This document shows, piece after piece, positions 51,597 to 62,274 of a DNA stretch of 64,000 nt (positions are counted from its first letter, which is position 1; each line of letters starts with the position of its first letter). The notes below the pieces were generated by a model. It saw only the letters and a list, made by a program, of their open reading frames with translations, did not search any database and was not told where the DNA came from. Source of the stretch: Octopus vulgaris (taxonomy: Eukaryota); NCBI GenBank assembly GCA_951406725.2, contig OX597830.1, positions 57,908,001 through 57,972,000 on the forward strand. The letters are read 5' to 3'. Made by a program: the position numbers and the translations under genes.

Positions 51597-53060
51597 TCAT
51601 CATCATCATCATCGTTTAACGTTCGTTTTCCGCGCTAGCACGGGTTGGACGGTTCAACCGGGGTCTGGGAAGCCAGGGGCTGCACCAGGCTCCAGTCTGA
51701 TCTGGCAGAGTTTCTACAGCTGGATGCCCTTCCTAACGCCAACCACTCCGCGAGTGCAGTGGGTGCTTTTTACGTGCCACCTGCACAGGTGCCAGGGGGG
51801 TCTGGCATCAGCCACGATCGGTTGGTGCATTTAACGTGCCACCGGGATGGAAGCCAGCCAAGGCGGCGCTATCGGCCATGTTTGGATGGTGCTTTTTATG
51901 TGCCACCAGCACTGGAGCCAGTTGAGGTAGTGCTGGCATCGGCCCCGTTTGGATGGTGCTTTTTATGTGCCACCGGCACAGAAGCCAGTCGAGGCGGCAC
52001 TGGCAACAGCCACATTCGGATGGTGCTTTTTATGTGCCACTGGCACAGGTGTCACAACTACTATTTCCATTGATATTTATTTCGATGCTCATGTACTTGA
52101 CTCAACAGGTCTCCTCAAGCACAGCAGGATGTTCTGAAATCCAAGGTACTTTGAATGGGCAGGGGCTATGCGGAACTGGTGCAGGAAGCAGCCCAGGTCT
52201 TTGCAGTCACAGCATATCTCCAGAGATCTCGGTCCTTCGCCATTGCCTCAGTGAGGCCCAACGCTCTGAGGTCATGCTTGACTACCTCATCCCATGTCTT
52301 CCTGGGTCTACCTCTGCCCCGGATTCCTTCAACTGTTTGGGAGTGGCACTTCTTCACACATCTCTCTTCATCCATCCGCAGTACATGACCATACCATCGC
52401 AAGCGTCGCTCTTGCACACCGCATCTGATGCTTCTTATGCCTAGCATTTCTCTCAGGGTGCTTACACTCTGTTGTGCATGCACACTGACATTACACATCC
52501 AGCGGATCATGCTAGCTTCATTCCTTTCAAGTCTACGCATGTCCTCTGCAGTCACGGCCCATGTTTCACTACCGTGAAGCATGGCAGTTTGCACATATGC
52601 ATCATACAATCTACCTTTCACTCTGAGTGAGAGACCCTTTGTCGCCAGTAGGGGTAGGAGCTTTCTAAACCTTGCCCAGGCTATTCGTATTCTAGTGGTG
52701 ACACTCTCTGAGCATCCACTTCCACTACTAACTTGGTCACCCAGGTAGCGGAAACTATCAACTACTTCTAGTTTCTCCCCCTGGAGTGTGATGGAATCTG
52801 TTTTCTGAGTATCTGTGGTGTCTATTGTCCCTGTGCATCTGCCGCACATGAAAACTATCTTATCGGTTAATTTCCCTTTGATGTTGCTGCACCTCTTATG
52901 CGTCCATTACTTACACTGGGTGCATCTTATGGAGTTTCTACCTACACCTTTCCTACAGATCGAGCAGGGCCACCTGCCCGAGGTTGTGTGTGCTGGGTTC
53001 GCCTTTCTGCTTACTATAACTTTAGTCTTTGCTACATTTACTCTAAGGCCCTTTGATTCT
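51593..53060 (-). mobile_element. 5'-truncated RTE LINE (different subfamily)
   Basis: ORF 52166-52849 plus upstream zinc-finger codons, 3' UTR repeats and a (GAT)n tail. Both ends lie in TA-rich microsatellite. Confidence 0.92.
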
Positions 53061-53066
53061 ATACAT

Positions 53067-53100
<34 letters not shown>

Positions 53101-53139
53101 TTATATTTCTTTACTGCCCACAAGGGGCTAAACATAGAG

Positions 53140-53336
53140 GGGACAAACAAGGACAGACAATGGTATTAAGTCGATTACATCGACCCCAGTTGGAAACTGG
53201 TACTTTATTTATCGACCCCGAAAGGATGAAAGGCAAAGTCGACCTCGGCGGAATTTGAACTCAGAACGTAACGACAGACGAAATACGGCTACGCATTTCG
53301 CCTGGCGTGCTAACGTTTCTGCCAGCTCGCCGCCTT
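53140..53336 (-). mobile_element. Young Meta-type tRNA SINE
   Basis: CpG-intact reverse complement of AAGGCGGCGAGCTGGCAGAAACGTTAGCACGCC..GAGTTCAAATTCCGCCGAGGTCGAC. Confidence 0.88.
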
Positions 53337-53348
53337 ATATATATATAT

Positions 53349-55645
53349 ATAGGAGAGAAATGTGTTCGCATGGATGATGGTTCACTTGCGCTAAATGAGG
53401 ATGCAAAGAGAGAGGTTTGGAGATGCCACTATGAAAGGTTGCTCAACAAAGAGAATGAATGGGATAAAGAGAGTCTGCCGAATGTCGACCCAATAGAGGG
53501 ACCAGGTATCCGAGTTGACAGTTCCATGGTAGTTAAGGCAATTGGAAGCATGAAGACAGGGAAAGCCCCAGGCCTGTCAGGAATTACTGCTGAGATGCTC
53601 AAAATATCTGGCAGTGTCGGCTATAGCCTAGTCACCTGTATAGTTTACCAGGTGATACACGAAGGAGTCATACCCAATGACTGGTGTAGTAGCATAATAG
53701 TCAACTGCTACAAAGGTAAAGGTGATGCCCTAGATACAAGTAATTACAGAGGTATTAAGCTGTTGGATCAGGTAATGAAGGTTACGGAAAGGGTCATAGC
53801 CCAACTGATTAGAGAGAGAGTCAACCTAGACGAGATGCAGTTTGGTTTCATGCCAGGGAAAAGCACCACTGATGCTATATATCTGGTAAGACAGCTGCAT
53901 GAGAAATACCTAGCCAAAGATAAAACTCTGTACCTGGCTTTCGTTGACTAGGAGAAAGCCTTTGACAGGGTCCCTCGATCCCTTATCTGGTTGTCAATGA
54001 GGAAACTAGGGATAGATGAATGGTTAGTGAGAGCTGTGCATGCCATGTACAGGGACGCTGTTAGTAAGGTGAGGGTTGGCAACGAGTACAGTGAAGAATT
54101 TCGGGTGGAGGTTGGGGTCCACCAAGGCTCAGTCCTCAGCCCCCTCCTATTTATCATAGTCCTCCAGGCAATAACGGAGGAATTCAAGACAGGATGCCCC
54201 TGGGAGCTCCTCTATGCTGACGACCTTGCTCTAATTGCTGAATCACTATCAGAACTCGAGGTGAAGTTTCAGGCATGGAAGCAAGGATTAGAATCGAAGG
54301 GCCTTAGAGTCAATCTAGCTAAAACCAAAGTCCTAATAAGTAGGAAGGTAGACAAATCTCAAACACCTTCAGGTAGATGGCCCTGCTTGATCTGTAGAAA
54401 AGACGTAGGTAGGAACTCTATAAGATGCACCAAGTGTAAGCTATGGACACATAAGAGGTGCAGCAATGTCAAAGGAAGGCTAACTAGGAAGATAGTTTTT
54501 GTATGTGGCAGATGCTCTGGTTCAATAAAGACTGAAGATGCGCAGAGACCATCTTCCACCACATTCCAGGGAGAAAAACTTGAAATAGATGATAGTTTCC
54601 GTTACCTAGGTGACCAAGTCAGTAGCGGGAGTGGGTGTGCCGAAAGTGTAACTGCTAGAGTAAGAATAGCATGGGCAAAGTTCAGAGAGCTCTTACCTCT
54701 GCTGGTGACAAAGGGCCTCTTGCTCAGAGTAGAAGGCAGACTGTATGACGCATGTGTGCGAACAGCCATGCTACATGGCAGTGAAACATGGGCCGTGACT
54801 GCTGAGGATATGCATAAGCTCGCAAGAAATGAAGCCAGTATGCTCCGTTGGATGTGTAATGTCAGTGTTCATACCCGACAGAGTGTAAGTGCCTTGAGAG
54901 AAAAGTTGGACCTAAGAAGTATCAGATGTGGTGTGCAAGAGAGGCGTCTATGCTGGTATGGACACGTAGTAAGAATGGATGAAGATAGTTGTGTGAAAAA
55001 GTGCCACACCCTAGCGGTTGAGGGAACCTGTGGAAGAGGTAGACCCAGGAAAACCTGGGATGAGGTGGTGAAGAACGACCTTCGCGCTTTAGGTCTCACT
55101 GAGGAAATGACCAGAGACCGAGACCTTTGGAAGTATGCTGTGCGCGAGAAGACCCAGCAGGACACGTGAGGCCATAACCCATGGCCCCTACCTGGGACTT
55201 AGTCAGTCCACCTGTGCATACCTTCCTTCTTGGGACACTTGTGAAGACCTGTTGAGGCAAGTGAAAATCAAACCAAATCAAAATCGATGAACATCAATGG
55301 AATTTGTATTTTTGTGGTACCGGTGCTGGTGGCACATAAGAAAACCATCCGAACGTGGCCGTAGCCAGTACCGCATTGACTGGCCTCCGTGCTGTGGGCA
55401 CATAACAAACACCATCCGAGCGTGGCCGTTCGCCAGCCTCGTCTGGCACCTGTGTCGGTGGCACATAAAATGCACCCACTACACTCACGGAGTGGTTGGC
55501 GTTAGGAAGGGCATCCAGCTGTAGAAACACTGCCAGATCTGACTGGCCTGGTGCAGCCTTCTGGCTTCCCAGATCCCCGGTCGAACCGTCCAACCCATGC
55601 TAGCATGGAAAGCGGACGTTAAACGATGATGATGAGGATGATGAT
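53349..55645 (+). mobile_element. 5'-truncated RTE LINE; complete RT domain with a single in-frame TAG (53949-53951)
   Basis: ORFs 53307-53951 and 53991-55169 share a frame: KGKGD..NYRGI, QFGF, FVD*EKAFD, GVHQGSVLSPLLF, YADD, a C4HC3 finger, YLG and GRGRPRKTW, then a (GAT)n tail. Confidence 0.95.
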
Positions 55646-55656
55646 ATATATAATAC

Positions 55657-55703
<47 letters not shown>

Positions 55704-56362
55704 TAGATGTGTATGTGTGTATATTTGTGTTTATGTTCCTTTCTCTCTAAATATATATATATATATATAGTAAAAAGTATGGTTGCAGAACAGACAAATA
55801 TAAGGTCATCCACGTAACATATCACATCTCAAACATTTAATCACAGAATACTTTTTCTTACACACAGAATATAGATGGATAAAATCACAGAAGATGAAAC
55901 ATAATTCATTGATACAAGCATACAAGAGAAATGTGTGAGTAGAGTCTATCGTGATTAAAAATTAATAATTAAAGTATTAATTATAATTAAGATCTAAACT
56001 GTTAATATATAAATGCAAAAGAGATAGTTGAATAACTGTAAACCTTACTTTAGGGCCAGCCTGTGTTTGTGAGTGTGTGTGTGTGTGCGTTGAGAAAAAG
56101 GAATGTTTCCTTGTTCATATATATGAATTGGATGTTTTTTGCTTTGTTTAGAAGAGGAGAAAAATATTTTGTTTTTTTTTTTTGAAGAAGTGGGGAAAAG
56201 AGGAAGAAAAACAAACAAGGGGTAAAATAGACACAGAGAGAGGTTTCATTTCAGTTATATTGTTTGTTTATTAGAAAAGAGAGTAAGAAGAAAAAAGAAA
56301 AAAATTGGGTGGGGGGAGTAGGACATTGAAGAAAGAGAAAAGAAATTGAAGGATGAAGAAAG

Positions 56363-56408
56363 GATAGATAGATAGAGAGATAGATAGATAGGTAAGTAGG
56401 TAGGTAGG

Positions 56409-56467
<59 letters not shown>

Positions 56468-56484
56468 GTAAGTAGGTAGGTAGG

Positions 56485-56527
<43 letters not shown>

Positions 56528-56544
56528 GTAAGTAGGTAGGTAGG

Positions 56545-56576
<32 letters not shown>

Positions 56577-56580
56577 GAGA
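56363..56580. repeat. (TAGA)n microsatellite with a higher-order TAGGTAAGTAGGTAGGTAGG block repeated three times
   Basis: Directly visible; blocks start near 56389, 56465 and 56525. Confidence 0.95.
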
Positions 56581-56783
56581 CAGACAGATTTCATTTCAAT
56601 TTGATGTGGTCAACCCATTGAAGTTTCATCACAAAGCATTTTATTCTTTTTTTCTCTTCCTCCTCTTCCCCTCCTCCTTGTACCAACATAGTTGTAAAAA
56701 AAAAAAATATTTTCTCACAAGGACAAGGTAACCAAGATATCAATTTTACAAAGTAGGAGAGAAAGATGAAAAAAAAAAATTTT

Positions 56784-57105
56784 TGTACATTATTGACATT
56801 ATTTACATTTGACGGATATTTGTCCTCATCATGCATATGGCACAGTGGTTAAGAGTGCTGGCTACTAACCCCAAGATTCCGAGTTCGATTCCAGGCAGTG
56901 ACCTGAATAATAATAATAATAATAACGATATCGAAAAATAGCTTAGGAATGAGAACCCAGGTTCGAAATTTCCCCAAGACACCTGATGAAGGCTGGAGGG
57001 TATATCAGCCGAATCGTTGTGCTAACAACAAACGAGATGAGGACAAATATCTGTCAAAAGTAAATAATGTACATAATTCCTCATCTCTTAGATATAGAAT
57101 TGTAT
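56784..57105 (+). mobile_element. tRNA-headed SINE with hammerhead motif and an inverted copy of its 3' end at the 5' junction
   Basis: A box TGGCACAGTGG (56838), B box GAGTTCGATTCC (56881), (AAT)n, hammerhead at 56978-57023. 56784-56830 is the reverse complement of 57036-57073. Confidence 0.8.
56978..57023 (+). ncRNA. Minimal type I hammerhead ribozyme-like motif (this copy mutated)
   Basis: GACAC-CTGATGA-A-GGCTG(loop)CAGCC-GAAT-CGTT-GTGCT: canonical CUGAUGA and stem II, with GAAA changed to GAAT and a mismatched stem I. Confidence 0.65.
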
Positions 57106-57649
57106 AATTTTTTTTGATTCTTAAGTCCTCATCACAATAAAGTTTGAAAATAAAAAGAGTTCAAAATTCCATAAAAGCCCAAAAAATGTTCTCCTTTCCT
57201 AAACCAAGCTTCTGTTTATATCAATCAGACTGGTGCCCTCCTCATCTTCATTGTTGCTTTCACTATTGTTTCAGCTGTTGTTCTTTCCAGCCTCCTTCAG
57301 GTGTTCAATGTTGAACTCAATTGTTTTATTGGAATTTCGAACCCAATCCTTTGTTTGATCCATGGGGGTGGGAAAGAGGGGTCTCTGTTCTCATTCTACA
57401 ACTGCCCCCTGAGCAACCAATGCCTTGTGAGTAGATTTGAGAGATGGAAACTGTATGGAAGTCCATTCTATATGTGTGTGGTTGTGTGTTTGTTTCTGAG
57501 TGTCTGTTTGTGTTCTCCTTTACAGAACCACCCCTCTTGTTCACTCTCACTCTCTCTGGCTGGGGAACCATAGATCTCCTCCACAGCAAGGCACCTGTTT
57601 CTGTCTCTAACCTTTAATCATCCGAAACAAGATCCCCTCCTCCAATGCC

Positions 57650-57890
57650 CCTTCCCATCTCAAAGACACTTTGTCTTGCAAAGTCACTTGGTGACCCCAC
57701 CAGTGCAGGTGCCACTTAAAAAAACACCCAGTCCACACTGTAAAGTGGTTGGCATTTGGAAGGGTATCCAGCTGTAAAAACCATGCCAAAACACACTCAG
57801 AAACATGGCACAGGCTCCTGCCTGGCCACCTCCTGTCAAACCATCCAACCCATGCCAGCATGGAAGGAGAACATTAAACGATAATGATGA
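57650..57890 (+). mobile_element. Old RTE 3' terminal fragment
   Basis: GTGGTTGGCATTTGGAAGGGTATCCAGCTGTA..CCAACCCATGCCAGCATGGAA..(GAT)n. Similar fragments lie at 42887-43170 (-) and 63150-63340 (-). Confidence 0.75.
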
Positions 57891-57904
57891 TACACACACA
57901 CACA

Positions 57905-58092
57905 CAGAGCTTCAGGCAATTTCATCATGTTGAACCGTTAATCCCCACACATTTTTTTCTCTCAATCCCTTCTGTTGAAGAGCATAGGCTCAAAATGTCA
58001 AAAACTTTTCCATTCTTCCCAAGTGCTAAACTAATACACCTGCTAATTGTTCTTTCACCTGCTTTCATCTTTTGTTTTCTATAAATTTGAAC
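57905..58092 (+). mobile_element. Solo PLE terminal repeat with decayed hammerhead
   Basis: CTGTTGAAGAGCATAGGCTCAAAATGTC (57971-57999), then CTAATACA..CACCTGCTTTCATCTTTTGTTT. This is collinear with the reverse complement of 35724-35812 joined to 38890-38990. Confidence 0.7.
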
Positions 58093-58382
58093 AGGGTTCG
58101 AGGTGTAGGAAGAAGGTTAGCTTCAAGCAATCCGTAGTAAATATATATATATATATATAAAACAACTTTTAGGGACAATAGTGGTTTATTGAAACGGAAG
58201 GTTGTAGATGTTTTTCGTATCGAAAATAAACTGAAAAAGTTCTTTTTATATTTCACGGTAGGAGGCCAGGGTTGCCGGGTGTGCGAATAAGAATATGAGT
58301 GTTAAGGAATGGAGTAGATAAGATCCGGGCTATATGTTTCATAGCGAGTGGAACTTCAGGAGTGGTAAATATCATGTATATA

Positions 58383-58601
58383 TTGGGTTGTTGCATAATT
58401 ATTGTGGCTTTTATTCAACAACAAAAACATCTTTAAATGATTATTCTGGAGCATATTCACTATCTACTTCAATTACTGCTTCCCATTTGCTTGGCAGACG
58501 GTCAGACCGTCATTTAAAGATGTTTTTGTTAAATGTTGTTATTGTTTTTGTTGAATAAAATTTATTGGAAAAAAAGCCGCAATAATTATGCACCAACCCA
58601 A
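58383..58601. mobile_element. mariner-type MITE with TA TSD
   Basis: TA|TTGGGTTGTTGCATAATTATTGTGGCTTT at the left and AAAGCCGCAATAATTATGCACCAACCCAA|TA at the right. The TIR resembles mariner (MADE1-like) ends. Confidence 0.88.
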
Positions 58602-58670
58602 TAGTTTAGTAATACATTATCCTGTGATACACGTGGGTACAACTGCCCATATTTATTCATACACATGAAC

Positions 58671-58735
<65 letters not shown>

Positions 58736-58926
58736 GCTCAGCAGCACTTAATACAGTGTAGGTATATCATCAAAAGTTAGGAAGGCAAAAGAGGTAAGAG
58801 ATAACTGTAGTCGGAAAGTTTAAAACATTGAGTTACGTAAAAAAAATAAAATAAAGGTGATGGAGAAAGAGAGAATCAGAAAAAGGAAGAAACACTCCTC
58901 TGTATATTTATGCGTGAGATTTATAT

Positions 58927-58968
<42 letters not shown>

Positions 58969-59026
58969 AGATAAATAGATAGATAAATAGAGCGAAAGAG
59001 AGATTGAATTTTGCTTGAATTCTTAA

Positions 59027-59275
59027 TTAGTTTCCAAACGGATGTTTAGGGTAAGGGTCAAAGCTGAAGAGCCATCGCCACACCTCGTTGGCTAGTCGTT
59101 CCGGATTGGACGTTCGCTGTTTATACGGCATTTCCTTCTCCAGTCTGGTGACGTTTATAAAACTTTCACTCTATCAATATTATATCGCAGATAACACTGA
59201 CCTCTCTCGATCGATAGTATTAACGTTAGCACTCGGTTAGAGGAAACTACTAGCAAATCAATCTTGCCTGTAAGT
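59027..59275 (+). promoter_or_regulatory. Candidate promoter / non-coding first exon of a downstream gene
   Basis: Unique CpG-rich segment after (GA)n, with Inr-like TTAGTT at 59027 and a GTAAGT donor at 59270. No ORF. Confidence 0.3.
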
Positions 59276-61997
59276 ACTCAACACATTTCTAACTCATTTA
59301 CTCTTTTACATCTTAATTGGTAATTACAGTTTTCTGTTAAATTTTTAATTACAGCCAATTAAGTTATTACACTATTTTTGTTATTTATTTATTTTTAACT
59401 GATTTCTCTTTATTTGATGCTGCATAAAAGAAAAAAAAAAAATTAGGATTTTAACGACCTCGTTTCTGTAATTATAATTTGCAAATTCACCCATTTATTC
59501 TTAAAAATACTAATTACCACCGCCAAAACGTTTTCTTTATTAACCACGAAGGGTTGACATAAACATTGGGACTCTAGTGGATGCCACAGTGTCAGACTAT
59601 TATGAAGGAGCGTGAAAAAAGTCAAATAAATATAAAGGAACACGCTTAATAATACAGATGTATGTGGCTAAGAGCAAAGATGGTCATTCTTTATGATTCT
59701 GACATCAAACCCAGCAATTTGGTATCTTTATTTATCGGCCCCGAAAGGATAAAGGGCGAGGCTGACCACAGGAGGTGCTCTAACAATTAGTAATCATAAT
59801 AATATTAATAAGAATGTTTAATAATTAAAAGAATAATTTATAACTTTAATATTATTGTTGTTATTATGGTAAAAAAATGTATCGTTATTATTATTATAGT
59901 CAATATTGCAGGTTCTGCGTGAGTTTTATTTCTTCTTTCTCTTAGTTTTGACCTCGATAAGAAAGAGAAGTTTTAAAAAGCTCAGAAAGTATAACAAATT
60001 GTAAAGAAAGGATTTATGAAAGAATTAAATAAATGCATCCTTTTCTCTTCACTAAAAAGAAGCCGACCGTTTTGTGGAAGCACCCATCAGTCGTGGACGA
60101 AATCTTTCACTCAAATCTGACATTATTAGTAATTCTAGATGACTTCTGGTGAGAAATCTTCTTTTCCCACCATCCTTGATATTATTAATGTGGTCTTATA
60201 CCGCAGTAGTAATAATAATAGAAACAGTTATTACTGTAGTTTACCAAAGTGAAGTGAATGTGAATATATGGATGTTTGTTGGTGAGTGATCCTATTTGTT
60301 GGAAAGAACGAATTTGTCATAAGACGATGTCGTTCAACCCTGGTGGGTGTGTTCGTTTATTTGTCTTCCAGTCCATAATGTTTATTGTTTTTATTGATCG
60401 TAATAACATCCGTCGTTTCCATTTGCTTTACAATTGAATGAATGCGTAAATGTTTAAACCTATGTAAAAGGTACAGAGCTTTCAGTAAGGATCATGGGTC
60501 TGATATATATCCGGGGTGTACTCGTCAAACATCTATCTATTCAACAGATATTTGAATTAATTTTTAACATCTTCCAAATACAACATGATTTTTCATAAAC
60601 CACCTCGTTTCGTTCACACTTAATAATTTTGCATTGTTTACATGGAGTTTGTATATTTTATTCATAATTCACTAAACGAAACCCTGTCAGCTAAAGATTA
60701 TCCGTTTATACTCGTCTGTTGAAGCTATTTTAACTCACGTTTTCACTACTTGTCATCATTGCCCAACGGAGGAGCATGAGTCGCTCCAACTGCTAAAAAT
60801 AACAGCTAAATCTCCTAATTATAACTTGCTATCTTAGTCGTGAAAAAAACCCCCCAAAATATGCTGGTTAATGCGATACCAAGGTCTCTGCACATAAAGA
60901 AAAGAGGTGATGGTCTCGGTTTGAAGGCCTCCGATTATAAATCTATTCAATCAGATTTGATCTGAGACTAAAACCTTCTTCACCTTACCTATTATACGAG
61001 CCAAATGCAGGGTCCTTTGGTGGTTTCTGGGCGGGTTACAAAAAATATTTGTCAAATTGCTCTTTACCCATCATCTTATTAGGGAAGGATACATTCGCAG
61101 TTTTAACTATGATAATAATACAGTTTGTGTAAACGACATTACGTGCACGTGTGTGAGAAAGAAGAAAAAAACTTATCGGGAATTTTGTGTGTCTTGTGTT
61201 GTAATTTCTTTTTTGTCGACTGAGAATGTTAAAAAAACAACAACAAAAAACATTGATATAAATCTTTTTCCATAGATACAATGTATTTGAGTAGTTACGG
61301 GATATTTATTGTATTTTTTTTTACGAATCACAATCTGTTAACACTTTTATAGGAAGAAAAGAAAGAAAACCATTAAAACTATAAAAGATTACATAATCGA
61401 AATCCCCACCCACAAAAAAAAACTACCTCAACAAGGAAAAAGGAAAAATCGGAATTGTCTACGAAGTATATGTGAATATCTACTCTTTTACTTGTTTCAG
61501 TCATTTGACTGCGGCCATGCTGGAGCACCGCCTTTAGTCGAGCAAATCGACCCCAGGACTTATTCTTTGTAAGCCTATCGCTAAGTTACGGGGACGTAAA
61601 CACACCAGCATCGGTTGTCAAACGATGTGTGTGTGGGGGGGGGGACGAACGCACACACACAAACACGTATATACATATACATATATACGAGATATACATA
61701 TACATATATACGAGAGGCTTCTTTCAGTTTCCGTCTATCAAATCCACTCACAAGGCTTTGGTCGGCCCGAGGCTATAGTAGAAGACACTTGCCCAAGGTG
61801 CCATGCAGTGGGACTGAACACGGAGCGATGTGGTTGGTAAGCAAGCTACTTACCACACAGCCACTCCTGCGCCAATACACTCCTGCGCCTGTGTATAGAT
61901 ATTCAAATTAACAACTTGTGAGTGAAGATATATTTTTCAGAGAAATCAGCTATGAAGTACTTCCTACATATAAAGTTGACAAAGAGACTGGCCGAAC

Positions 61998-62274
61998 CAG
62001 TAGCGGACCGGGTCTCAAAATATTGGTTGCCAGGAGACTAAGGGGTGCGGGCATCCGCAACTACCATGCTATCATTTAATGTTTTTCTTTTTTGTTAAAA
62101 GTCTTCTTTTCAACTGTCTACAAACACAGCCAGGCTGAAATAATTAATGCATTTTCCCAGGAGTGAATAAAAAATTCTCAAACTTGAGGAGATGGGGCCC
62201 CTATATATGGATTCTAATGGTGCAGGGGTCCACTTGCCATTGGGCAAGCTATCAACCTGGTCAGTCCGCCACTG
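61998..62274. mobile_element. hAT-like MITE
   Basis: TIRs are CAGTAGCGGAC and GTCCGCCACTG; the TSD is not convincing. Confidence 0.55.

Noticed and set aside
51593-55645. Single twin-primed RTE insertion
   Set aside because: Both halves have their own 3' UTR and tail, overlap in element coordinates and are diverged from each other.
56834-56900. tRNA gene
   Set aside because: It has A/B boxes but no clean acceptor stem or T-run terminator, and it continues into repeat body. It is treated as a SINE head, as are the other tRNA-like heads in the window.
59157-59267. Minus-strand coding exon (GKIDLLVVSSNRVLTL...)
   Set aside because: It is short, has a weak acceptor, no recognisable domain and no partner exons.
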